A stretch of DNA of 56,918 bases, taken from positions 1-56,918 of the forward strand of contig CAMCCR010000002.1 of the NCBI GenBank assembly GCA_945873085.1. The letters are read 5' to 3'. A program made the position numbers and the translations under genes. Numbering within the stretch: the first letter of the stretch is position 1; every line of letters begins with the position of its first letter. This DNA is from Candidatus Kuenenia stuttgartensis (GTDB lineage: Bacteria > Planctomycetota > Planctomycetia > Pirellulales > UBA1268). Shown here in pieces: positions 26,290-35,279 of the stretch. The notes under the pieces are model-generated. The model saw nothing but the letters and a program-made list of their open reading frames with translations, had not been told where the DNA came from and made no database searches.

Positions 26290-29178
26290 TCAGGGGCGGT
26301 TGACCCCGAGGAGTTTGTCTTCCTCCTCCTCCTGGATGATGATTCGCGGCGTGACCATGAGCATCAGACTGTCGGTCGTTCGCCCCATGCCGACGTTCTT
26401 GAAGAGCCGGTTGATGTAGGGGATCTTCGACAGGATCGGCACGCCGAACTCGTTGCGCCCCTCGCGGAGACGCTTGATGCCGCCGAGGAGCACCGTGCCG
26501 CCGTCGGGCACGCTCACCGTCGTCGTCACCGACGTCGTGATGTATTCCGGCTGCTGGATCGTCGTGCCGCTGGAGCGGACGGTCTGTTCGTTCGACGTCT
26601 TGGCGTTGAGGCCGAGCGAGGCCCCGAGCGGGTTTTGCCCCTGCTGGCCGACGCCGCCGTCGAGCCCCGACTTCTCGTCGGCACTCTTCGTCGAGGTCGA
26701 GCGGGAGCCCTCGAACTGGAACTCTTGAACCTTCCCGATCTGTGAGAACCGCGGGATGAGGGTGAGACGGACGAACCGCCGGTCGTTCGAGACGACGGCC
26801 TGAACGTTGACACTCGTTCCCTCGTTGAGGACCGTGATCACCGGTTGCTGGGCGGCGGCGAAGTCGCCGACGACCGGGATCACCGAGGTCACGAACGGCC
26901 TCGATACCGAGTCGTTGATGAAGGCGTTTTGGCCGTTGAAGAGCGTCACCTTCGGGGCCTGCATGACGTTCGAGCGGGTATTGCCCTGGGCGGCCTGGAT
27001 GAGGAAGTAGGCCTCGATGTCGGAGAGGATCGCGAACCCGAACGTCGCCGCCGACGTCGTCGGATCGGGGAGGCCAGGCATCGAGGGCACCTGACCGCCT
27101 CCGAAGCTGTTCTGCCGGAAGGGGATCGAGTAGAAGTTCGAGACCGGCGCGCCGTTGAGCGTCTGGTTTTGGCCGACGCTCCCGCTCCGGGCCACGCCCG
27201 GGTTTCCGGCGTTGTCGAGGCCGATCGTTTGCGACGGGCCGCCAGGGCTGGCGGGGATCCCGAGGGAGAAGGGCGATGTCGAACCACCGCCCGAGGTCGG
27301 GACGGCGGTCATGTTGAGCGGATCACGGACGTTTGACTGGATGTTGAAATCGAAGTCGACGCCGATTCGCTCGAAGAACGTGTCGTTGAGTCGGATGAAG
27401 CGGACCTCAATCGCCACCTGGAGATCCTGGAGGCGACGGAGTTGCTGGAGGAGGTCGGCGATCTCGTCGTGCACCTCCTGCGTCTGGCTGACGACGATGC
27501 TGAGATTCGTCGGGAAGGGCTGGATCGCCCCCTGACCGCCGACCGTGTTCCATGTCTGCGGGGCGACGGTGTTTTGGATCAGGTCGATGAGCGACTGGAA
27601 GTCGGCCTGGGAACCACCGACCGCGGGACCACCGAGGAGGGGCACTCCCCCGGAGCTGCCGACCTGCGGGGCGTTGCCGCCGACGCCGGGGATCTGGGCG
27701 AGATTGTTGCCGTCGAGCGGGGTGTCGGTGCCGGCCCGGGCGAGCGCCCCGGGGGCGGGGCCGGTCTGGACGGAGAGATTGGAGAGCGTCGAGAGCCGCG
27801 AGTAGCCGCCGTTGATGGCGCCGTCGAGGCCGGTGTCGTCGGAGACGAAGTTCGGGATCGGGATGACGAGATCCGCGACTTGATACGAGACGCTGAAGAC
27901 CTGCCCCTTCATGAGCCGCGGGCTCGTGACTTTGAGCACTTCGTCCCTGACGCAGTAGTCGAGGTGAAGCGGCTCCAGGAGGAGCTTGAGAGCGCTCTTG
28001 AGCGTGATCTTCTGTTCCAGCGAGATGGTGACGGGCGTGTCGCTCCTCACTCCCTCCGACTCCATCCCGACCATGTCGAGATGGATCGGCACCTCAGCCT
28101 GCTTGGCGAGAGAATCGAGGACGGCCGCGAGGGGCTCGCCACGGTGGACGGCGACGACCTGAGCGGAGAGCTTCTTGTGGATCGCGGCCTCGGCCGGCGA
28201 AGCGCGTCCGCGTCCCTCACCCTCGAGGCGGTTGCGGTTCTTGGTCAGATCCTCCCAATCCTTCGTGGCTGGAAACTCGATCGGCCCGACGAACGGAGTG
28301 CTCGAGCGGTCGACGTCGACCATCGCCTCGATGAAGCCGTCCTCCTTGTCTCCGGCGATCGACTTTTGCGTGTCGAGGCGGCGGATCATTCGGCTCTGGG
28401 AGAGGAGCTGGCGGACAACCGGATTGTCGGGGGAGAGTTGGGCGGCTTTCTTTGCCAGCGCCTCGGCCTCGGCGTAGCGGCGCTCGTCGATCATCGTGTT
28501 GTATTCGTCCACGATCATCGCCAGACGCTGGTCGACCTCGACCTTCTTGGCCCGCTCGCGATTGATCTTCGACTCGATCTCGGCGTTCTTCTTGTCGAGG
28601 GCGATCTCGGAGGAACGCTTGCCGGTCATCTCCTCGATCTCGCGACGGGCGCGATCGATGCGCTTCGTGAGTTGGGTGCGGGTCTCGGTGGGGATGTCGG
28701 CGGCAGCCACATCGGCGGCAGCGGTATCGAGGAGCTCGAGGGCCTCCGCAGCCGATCGCTGGGCCGCCCGGCGGGCTTCGAGTTGGCGGGCTGCTACCTC
28801 GGCCGAGAGGCGGGCGACGATCAGGTCGCGGGGGAGGTTGGCCTGCCCAGCGGGAGCAGCCTGAGCCTCAACGGGCGTCGGGGTCTGACGCTGGGCCGCC
28901 GAACGACTCAACGCTTCTTCGATGACGCGGCGGGCATCGGCGGCGCTGGCGCTGCCAGTCTGCTCCTCGGCAGCGGCGACGTCTGCGGCGGGAACGGGCA
29001 GCGCTTCCACGGCATCGTCGGCGACGAGAGCCCCGGGGGCGGCAAGGACCGTCAGGGACACCCCCGCCAGCCAGGCCCAGCCGGAGGCCGGGGCTTGGTT
29101 ACGGACCGACTGCGGGCTCGACGTTGGCCGACCGGTGCCGGCTGCAGCGTGGATGTGGCGAAAGCGTGCCATGGACAT
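26290..29178 (-). CDS. type II/III secretion system secretin family protein (GspD/PilQ-like), orphan
   Basis: C-terminal secretin domain (GGTVLLGGIKRLREGRNEFGVPILSKIPYINRLFKNVG...LMLMVTPRII), secretin N-domain-like repeats, and a long N-terminal Ala/Glu/Arg-rich helical region after a signal/TM segment. Confidence 0.8.
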   Translation of the reverse strand: MSMARFRHIHAAAGTGRPTSSPQSVRNQAPASGWAWLAGVSLTVLAAPGALVADDAVEALPVPAADVAAAEEQTGSASAADARRVIEEALSRSAAQRQTPTPVEAQAAPAGQANLPRDLIVARLSAEVAARQLEARRAAQRSAAEALELLDTAAADVAAADIPTETRTQLTKRIDRARREIEEMTGKRSSEIALDKKNAEIESKINRERAKKVEVDQRLAMIVDEYNTMIDERRYAEAEALAKKAAQLSPDNPVVRQLLSQSRMIRRLDTQKSIAGDKEDGFIEAMVDVDRSSTPFVGPIEFPATKDWEDLTKNRNRLEGEGRGRASPAEAAIHKKLSAQVVAVHRGEPLAAVLDSLAKQAEVPIHLDMVGMESEGVRSDTPVTISLEQKITLKSALKLLLEPLHLDYCVRDEVLKVTSPRLMKGQVFSVSYQVADLVIPIPNFVSDDTGLDGAINGGYSRLSTLSNLSVQTGPAPGALARAGTDTPLDGNNLAQIPGVGGNAPQVGSSGGVPLLGGPAVGGSQADFQSLIDLIQNTVAPQTWNTVGGQGAIQPFPTNLSIVVSQTQEVHDEIADLLQQLRRLQDLQVAIEVRFIRLNDTFFERIGVDFDFNIQSNVRDPLNMTAVPTSGGGSTSPFSLGIPASPGGPSQTIGLDNAGNPGVARSGSVGQNQTLNGAPVSNFYSIPFRQNSFGGGQVPSMPGLPDPTTSAATFGFAILSDIEAYFLIQAAQGNTRSNVMQAPKVTLFNGQNAFINDSVSRPFVTSVIPVVGDFAAAQQPVITVLNEGTSVNVQAVVSNDRRFVRLTLIPRFSQIGKVQEFQFEGSRSTSTKSADEKSGLDGGVGQQGQNPLGASLGLNAKTSNEQTVRSSGTTIQQPEYITTSVTTTVSVPDGGTVLLGGIKRLREGRNEFGVPILSKIPYINRLFKNVGMGRTTDSLMLMVTPRIIIQEEEEDKLLGVNRP

Positions 29179-29397
29179 GATCCCCGTGGATGGGAGAACC
29201 GTGAGGGCGGGATAGGTACCGGCCCCGGGGGGAACGGGTCAAGGGCATCCATCGCCGCGAAAAACGAGGTCTTCGGCCCCTGAGCCCCGGCCCATGCCGC
29301 GATTACGTCGGGAATTCGTGGGATTCGGGCGCCTGCGAGCCCTGGCCTGCCGCCCTCGAGGAGGGGGCGATTTCTTTCGGATTCCCAGCCGGGATCG

Positions 29398-31203
29398 TCA
29401 GCCGGTGCCGGTTTTCGGTCGTTCGAGGGCCCGCTCGAGCGTGTCGAGGAGTTGGTCGACGCGGAACGGCTTGAAGAGGACGAGGTTGATCCCCGCCTGC
29501 CGGGCTTTGACGATCGAATGCCCCGGGTCGTAGCCGAAGCCGGTCATGAGGACCAGCGGCACGTCGACGAGGATCTCGCTGAGGCGGAGAAAGAGCTGGT
29601 AGCCCGACATGTCGGGGAGCCGGATGTCGGAGAGGATCACGTCGTAATCCTCGTCTCCGGCGGCCCGCACCATCGAGGCGGCTTCGGCGCCGTCGCGGGC
29701 CGTCTCCACGATGCTACCGTTGCGTTCGAGGAGGCAGTGGGCGGCCGCGCGGACCTGTTCGTCGGCATCGACGACGAGGATCCGCTTGCCGGTCAGCGCC
29801 CGCCGCCGCTCGCCGCGGCGATGCTGGGCGTGGGCCGTGCTCGGCGTCATCTTTTCTCCCACCTTTTGGATCGCCTGCTTGATGTCACGGGCGTTGCGGA
29901 GGATCCGCTGGAGCCGCTCCACGACATCAGCATCGTGGCCGATGTAGCGTTCCATGACGTTGACAGCGTCATTGAGAATGTCGTCGATCGGCAGGGCGAC
30001 TGCCCCGTGGATCGCCTCGACGCTCTCGGCCGTGGTGGAGGCCTTTTCGGCGACGAGGAGCTCGAGGGTGTTGAGGGCGGCCGCGACGTCTCGGGAGAAG
30101 ATCTCGAGAAACTGCATGTCAGTGTGGGAGAAGCCCCCCGGCTCGGGGCTCTCGACGTTGAACGTCCCGATCACGTGCTCATGGAGCATGAGCGGCACGG
30201 TGAGCGAGCTTTTTGCCCCCTTGCACCCTTCGAGATAGCGGGGGTCTTTCGTCGTGTCGTTGCAGAAATAGCTTCGTCCTGTGGCGGCGACATACCCGGT
30301 CACCCCGTTGTGTTCCGTGCGGGCGAAGAGGATCCGGGCCTCCGCCTCCGGTTGCATGCCCTCGGCAAGGAGCGGTTCGAGCCGGCCGGTCTTGCGATCG
30401 AGGAGGCGGATTTCGACCACGTCAAACAGCAGAAGATCCCGCGAATAATGGAGAATGTTGCTCTTGAGGAGGTCGATCCGCTCCTCGATCGTCATGTCGG
30501 CAAGTTCGGCCGGCGACAGATCGGCCAGTTTCTGGCCGGCCTGATGGATGGCGGCCCGCTTTTGCTGCTCGAGGATCGTGTGGGTGACGTCTCGGATGCT
30601 GACGACGACATGGTCGGCGGCCGGCCAGTCGGTCGCGGCGGAGGACTCGGTGGCGAGGAGCGGGGCGGCATTGAGGTGGAGGTAGCGGTTGTCGGCGGTC
30701 CGCAGCGTCGCGCCGGAGATCCGCCCCGACGCGAGGGCGGCGTGGAATGGGCTGAACTCCGGGCCGAGTATCTCCGGATGGCCGAGGGCGGTGAGGAAAC
30801 CGACCCCGCAGACTTCCTCCCGGCCGCACCACTGCCGGAAGCGGGCATTGGCCCAACGGATCGTGTCGCCGGCATCGAGGAGGACGACGCCATCGGGAAC
30901 GTTTTCGAGGATTCGTTGCGCCCGCACCGACGCCACGAGCGGCCCGTCCTCTGACACGAGCCCCCCGGTGAGGATCACGCCGGCGACCCGGGGGCCGCGG
31001 CCGATGCGGGCGACGGCCGCCGCCAAGCCGTCGATCGCTTCGAGCGGGGCTCCGGCCACGAGGGGCTGGGCTTCCGGGAAATCGGGAGGCGTTTGGGCCA
31101 CATCGCCTCGGGCGGGGCGCCCACCGAGGTCGCTTGGGGCGGGGGGGATCGGGGCCCCTTCCGCATCGCGGACGACGAGATAGCTGGGTGAGTCAGGCAC
31201 CAA
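29398..31203 (-). CDS. PAS and GAF domain-containing response regulator (C-terminal receiver, no recognisable output or ATPase domain)
   Basis: The receiver has the canonical residues (VVDADE, ILSDIRLPDMSG, LMTGF, LFKPF). A PAS-like segment spans aa ~95-210 and a GAF-like segment aa ~240-385. The GTG at 31200, with GGGAGG 6 nt upstream, is the more likely start than the TTG at 31203. Confidence 0.8.
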   Translation of the reverse strand: MVPDSPSYLVVRDAEGAPIPPAPSDLGGRPARGDVAQTPPDFPEAQPLVAGAPLEAIDGLAAAVARIGRGPRVAGVILTGGLVSEDGPLVASVRAQRILENVPDGVVLLDAGDTIRWANARFRQWCGREEVCGVGFLTALGHPEILGPEFSPFHAALASGRISGATLRTADNRYLHLNAAPLLATESSAATDWPAADHVVVSIRDVTHTILEQQKRAAIHQAGQKLADLSPAELADMTIEERIDLLKSNILHYSRDLLLFDVVEIRLLDRKTGRLEPLLAEGMQPEAEARILFARTEHNGVTGYVAATGRSYFCNDTTKDPRYLEGCKGAKSSLTVPLMLHEHVIGTFNVESPEPGGFSHTDMQFLEIFSRDVAAALNTLELLVAEKASTTAESVEAIHGAVALPIDDILNDAVNVMERYIGHDADVVERLQRILRNARDIKQAIQKVGEKMTPSTAHAQHRRGERRRALTGKRILVVDADEQVRAAAHCLLERNGSIVETARDGAEAASMVRAAGDEDYDVILSDIRLPDMSGYQLFLRLSEILVDVPLVLMTGFGYDPGHSIVKARQAGINLVLFKPFRVDQLLDTLERALERPKTGTG

Positions 31204-31239
31204 CGGCCCTCCCTGGGGGCGATCCCGATCCGCACGAGA

Positions 31240-31268
31240 AGTATAAAATTCGTCGTGGCGGCCGCCAA
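31240..31268 (-). promoter_or_regulatory. sigma70-like promoter candidate for the PAS-GAF-REC gene
   Basis: The minus strand reads TTGGCG-N17-TATACT in the most AT-rich intergenic patch of the window, about 37 nt upstream of the start codon. Confidence 0.35.
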
Positions 31269-31281
31269 ATCACATTGAGCG

Positions 31282-31309
31282 TTGCCGCCCAACTCCACAA
31301 ATCTATACT
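31282..31309 (+). promoter_or_regulatory. sigma70-like promoter candidate for sdhCAB
   Basis: TTGCCG-N16-TATACT lies about 39 nt upstream of the GTG at 31348. It is back-to-back with the minus-strand element. Confidence 0.35.
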
Positions 31310-31347
31310 CCCAACGGCATCCCTTCCTCCGTTTGGAGAAGCCGCGC

Positions 31348-32211
31348 GTGACCCTGCCGTCGTTTGTTTCCCGCCATCAGTTCCTCATCTACCGGCTGTT
31401 CTCCCTCTCGGGTCTGATCCCGGTCGGTGCCTTCCTGGTCGTCCATCTGCTCACCAATGCCTCGGTGCTGGGGGGGGCTGCGTCCTTCCAGTCGCGGGTC
31501 GACATGATCCATTCCCTCGGGCCGCTCCTGATCCCGGTGGAGTTTGCGTTCATCTTCCTGCCGATGCTGTTCCACGCCGCGGTCGGATTCGCGATCATCG
31601 CCGGTGGGCTCCCCAACGTCGGCTCCTATCCCTACATGGGGAACGTCCGCTACACGCTCCAGCGGGCGACGGGGATGATCGCCTTCGCCTTCATTCTCTG
31701 GCACATCATCCAACTCCACTGGTTGGGGGCCCCGCTCGGCGGCGGCCGCTTCGATCCCCACCATGCCACAAGTTCGGCGGCGACCGTCATTGCCCCGCTC
31801 GGGGTGTCGTTGCTCTACGCGATCGGCGTTCTTTCGGCGGTCTTCCACCTCTCCAACGGTCTGTGGACGATCGGCATCACCTGGGGCCTGTGGACCAGCC
31901 CCGCAGCGATGCAGCGGGCGAATGTCATCAGCATTATCGTGGGGGTCGTGCTTGCCGCGGCCGGGCTCGGGGCCATCGGTGGCCTCCGGTCGACCGATGT
32001 GGCCGCGGCCCGGCAGGTCGAGACCCGCATGGAAGACTTCAAGCGGATGATGGAGGGGCAGGCCCCTGACGCCGCCGCCGGTGGGCATGGAGCCGCCGGA
32101 TCGACAGCCACCGTTCCCGCCGCCGACGCCATCGATCTCCGCGGCCCCTCCGAACCTTCGGCCCTCGTCATCCCCACCCCGACCACGTCCTCCAGCCCAC
32201 CAGGAAACTGA
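31348..32211 (+). CDS. sdhC: succinate dehydrogenase / fumarate reductase cytochrome b subunit (b558 family)
   Basis: Five TM helices with conserved His residues (VHLLTN, FHAAVGF, LWHIIQLH, VFHLSNG), directly upstream of sdhA. Start moved to the GTG at 31348 (GGAG 9 nt upstream), because the TTG at 31282 lies inside a promoter-like element. Confidence 0.7.
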   Translation: MTLPSFVSRHQFLIYRLFSLSGLIPVGAFLVVHLLTNASVLGGAASFQSRVDMIHSLGPLLIPVEFAFIFLPMLFHAAVGFAIIAGGLPNVGSYPYMGNVRYTLQRATGMIAFAFILWHIIQLHWLGAPLGGGRFDPHHATSSAATVIAPLGVSLLYAIGVLSAVFHLSNGLWTIGITWGLWTSPAAMQRANVISIIVGVVLAAAGLGAIGGLRSTDVAAARQVETRMEDFKRMMEGQAPDAAAGGHGAAGSTATVPAADAIDLRGPSEPSALVIPTPTTSSSPPGN

Positions 32212-32217
32212 CACACC

Positions 32218-34212
32218 ATGGCACAGCCCCGCGTCCTCGTCGTCGGCGGCGGTCTTGCCGGGCTCGCGGCCTCGATGCGCTTGGCCGAGCTCGGAGTCGA
32301 TGTCGACCTCATGAGCCTCGTGCCGGTCAAGCGGTCGCATAGCGTTTGTGCCCAGGGGGGCATCAACAGCGTCAACGCACTCACCCGCCAGCAGGGGGAC
32401 AACGAGTGGAAGCACCTTGACGACACCGTCTACGGCGGTGACTTCCTCCAGCACCAGCCGCCGGTCAAGGAGATGGCTGACTGGGGCCCACGAATCATCG
32501 ATCTCATGGATCGGCTCGGCGTGCCGTTCAATCGCACGCCGGAGGGATTCCGCGATCAGCGTCGCTTCGGCGGAACGCTCTACAAGCGGACGGCCTTTGC
32601 CGGCGCCACGACCGGCCAGCAACTCCTCTACGCCCTCGATGAGCAGGTGCGGCGGTTCGAGGTCGAGGGAAAGATCCGCAAGTACGAGTTCTGGGACTTC
32701 CTCTCCCCCGTCGTTGACGACTCCGGTCGGTGCCGCGGGGCGGTCTGCCAGGACATGGTTTCGATGCAGTTTCGCTCGTTTGCCGCCGACGCGGTGATTC
32801 TCGCCACGGGCGGCTGCGGGCTCGTCTACGGTCGCTCGACGATGTCGATGGTCTGCACCGGCAGCGCGGTCAGCCGCGTCTATCAGGCCGGGGCGGCCTA
32901 CGGAAACGGCGAGTTCATCCAGGTGCATCCCACGGCCATCCCCGGCGCCGACAAGCTGCGGCTGATGAGCGAGAGTGCCCGCGGTGAGGGGGGCCGAGTG
33001 TGGGTGCCAAGGACCCCGCAGGACACTCGCGATCCGCGGACGATCCCCGAGGCGGAGCGCTTCTACTTCCTCGAAGAACGCTACCCGAAGTACATGAACC
33101 TCGTTCCCCGCGACATCGCCACGCGGGAGATTTTCGACATCTGCACCACCGATGGCCTGTCGGTCGAGAAGGATCGACTCTGCGTCTATCTCGACCTGAC
33201 GCACATCCCCAAGGAGACGCTCGACCGCAAGCTGGGCGGCATCCTCGACATCTACGAGAAGTTCCAGGGGGTCGATCCGCGGACAACCCCGATGAAGATC
33301 TTCCCGGCGGTCCACTACTCGATGGGAGGGCTGTGGGTCGATTACGAGAGGAGCCCCACCGGAGGAATGCTCGAGGGCTCGCCGCGGAACCAGCAGACGA
33401 GTCTCCCCGGCCTCTACGCCATCGGCGAATGCGACTACCAGTACCACGGCGCCAACCGGCTCGGGGCCAACTCGCTCCTCTCCTGCATCTTCAGCGGGCT
33501 GTTTTGTGCCGCCGGGGTCCAGGCGTCGGCCGGGGCGAAGCGGGCCCCGGCTGCCGAGTCGCTCTACGCGGCGGCCCTGCGGCGCGAGGAGGAGCGGCAC
33601 GAGGCCCTGATCCAGCGTCGCGGCGGGGGTGAAAACCCCTACGGCATCCATCACGAACTCGGTGATCTGATGACTCGCGTCGCGACGGTCGTGCGCCGCA
33701 ACGACCAACTCGCCGCGGCCTATGACGAGGTGTGTGCCCTCGAGGAGCGGTGGCGGCGGTGTTCACTCTCCGACACCGGCAACTGGACCAACCAAAACGT
33801 TGTGTTCACGAAGTCGCTCGGCGACATGTTTCCGCTGGCCAAGCTCATCCTCAAGGGGGCCCTCCTCCGCGACGAGTGCCGGGGGGCTCACTACAAGCCC
33901 GACTTCGAGATGCCGGGGATCGCCGCGACCGACCCCGAGGGGAAGCGTCGCGAGGCCGAGGAATGGTGCGACCGCTTCGAGGCCAATACGAACAAGTGGC
34001 TCAAGTCGACGATCGCAAACCACGGTGCCGACGGACATCCGCAGATCACCTACGAGGATATCGACACGTCGCTCATCCCGCCCCGTCCGCGGCTCTACGG
34101 CCTGGTTGGCGGCGAGGTGATCGAGGAGGTGTGGAGGGAACGCCTGCGTGCCCGAGAAGTCAACGGCGGGCAGGTGGCGACGCGGGAAGTTGGGGTCGGG
34201 GCCCAGTCCTGA
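32218..34212 (+). CDS. sdhA: succinate dehydrogenase / fumarate reductase flavoprotein subunit
   Basis: FAD-binding VLVVGGGLAGLAASMRLAE, the covalent-FAD His context RSHSVCAQGGIN, and active-site HPTA and ECRGAHY segments. Confidence 0.9.
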   Translation: MAQPRVLVVGGGLAGLAASMRLAELGVDVDLMSLVPVKRSHSVCAQGGINSVNALTRQQGDNEWKHLDDTVYGGDFLQHQPPVKEMADWGPRIIDLMDRLGVPFNRTPEGFRDQRRFGGTLYKRTAFAGATTGQQLLYALDEQVRRFEVEGKIRKYEFWDFLSPVVDDSGRCRGAVCQDMVSMQFRSFAADAVILATGGCGLVYGRSTMSMVCTGSAVSRVYQAGAAYGNGEFIQVHPTAIPGADKLRLMSESARGEGGRVWVPRTPQDTRDPRTIPEAERFYFLEERYPKYMNLVPRDIATREIFDICTTDGLSVEKDRLCVYLDLTHIPKETLDRKLGGILDIYEKFQGVDPRTTPMKIFPAVHYSMGGLWVDYERSPTGGMLEGSPRNQQTSLPGLYAIGECDYQYHGANRLGANSLLSCIFSGLFCAAGVQASAGAKRAPAAESLYAAALRREEERHEALIQRRGGGENPYGIHHELGDLMTRVATVVRRNDQLAAAYDEVCALEERWRRCSLSDTGNWTNQNVVFTKSLGDMFPLAKLILKGALLRDECRGAHYKPDFEMPGIAATDPEGKRREAEEWCDRFEANTNKWLKSTIANHGADGHPQITYEDIDTSLIPPRPRLYGLVGGEVIEEVWRERLRAREVNGGQVATREVGVGAQS

Positions 34213-34261
34213 CTGTTGGTCGGTAGGTGGAAGTGACGAACCACACACGGAGTCAAGCGAC

Positions 34262-35122
34262 ATGATCATGAAGACCGACGACCATGGTGGCCCTACCGCC
34301 GCCCGCACGATCCCGGTCCGGGTGCTCCGTCAGGATGCCCCCGGGCAGGAGAGCTACTGGGAGCGTCATGACGTTCCCTGGGAGCCGAACATGAACGTCA
34401 TCAGCGTCCTCCAAAAGGTTGCCGCGATAGCGCGTTCGCAGGATGGTCGCCCGGTGGCCCCCGTGGCCTGGGATTGCAATTGCCTCGAGGAGGTGTGCGG
34501 TTCCTGCACGATGCTCATCAACGGGCGGACACGGATGGCCTGTTCGGCCCTCGTCGATCGGCTCCTCGAAGAGCATCCCGACGGCATTGAATTGCGCCCG
34601 ATGTCGAAGTTCCCGGTCGTTCGAGACCTCGTCGTCGACCGTCGGCGTCTCTTCCACTCGCTCCAGCGTGTCAAGGCGTGGGTGCCTGTCGATGACTCCT
34701 TCGACCACGGCCCCGGGCCGCGGATCTCTCCGGAGGAGCAGGAAGAGGCCTACCCGCTCGCTGAGTGCATGAGCTGCGGGTGCTGTCTCGAGGCCTGCCC
34801 CCAATTCACGCGGATCGAGACCCCCAAACGCGAAGGGGAGACCGACGAGCAACTCGCGGCCCGACGGACCGCCGCGTTCGACCAGGGCTTTATCGGCGCT
34901 CACGCCGTTAGTCAGGCTGTGCTGTTCAACAAGCATCCCACCGGCAAGATGATCGCCGACGAGCGGATGGCCGCGCTGACGGGCCCTGGGGGCATCCAGA
35001 TGTGCGGCAACGCCCAGAATTGCGTCGCCGTCTGCCCGAAGCACATTCCGCTGACGCGTTCGATCGCCCGGGCCGGACGGTCGGCGACCCTGTGGGCCCT
35101 GAAGAAACTCTTTGATCGTTGA
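34262..35122 (+). CDS. sdhB: succinate dehydrogenase / fumarate reductase iron-sulfur subunit
   Basis: Cys clusters CNCLEEVCGSC..C, CMSCGCCLEAC and CGNAQNCVAVCP. Start trimmed to the ATG at 34262. Confidence 0.9.
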   Translation: MIMKTDDHGGPTAARTIPVRVLRQDAPGQESYWERHDVPWEPNMNVISVLQKVAAIARSQDGRPVAPVAWDCNCLEEVCGSCTMLINGRTRMACSALVDRLLEEHPDGIELRPMSKFPVVRDLVVDRRRLFHSLQRVKAWVPVDDSFDHGPGPRISPEEQEEAYPLAECMSCGCCLEACPQFTRIETPKREGETDEQLAARRTAAFDQGFIGAHAVSQAVLFNKHPTGKMIADERMAALTGPGGIQMCGNAQNCVAVCPKHIPLTRSIARAGRSATLWALKKLFDR

Positions 35123-35214
35123 ACAGATCGTGGAACGGGGCCTGAAGAGCGAAAGAAACCGCGAAACAAGGCCTCTGGTGAGGACGTCAGACAACGCCTC
35201 AGCCGAAGCGACGA

Positions 35215-35243
35215 TTGCCTGACCCCGCCAATCGTGGTAGTTT
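35215..35243 (+). promoter_or_regulatory. sigma70-like promoter candidate for the DEAD-box helicase gene
   Basis: TTGCCT-N17-TAGTTT lies in the 157-nt sdhB-helicase gap. Confidence 0.3.
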
Positions 35244-35279
35244 TCACGAACGGATGATCCCTCCGGAGCCGGTTCGGCT

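Noticed and set aside
31303-33708. An 801-aa minus-strand ORF across sdhC and sdhA
   Set aside because: It is antisense to the sdh flavoprotein gene, has low-complexity R/G/P/D/E content and no recognisable domain.
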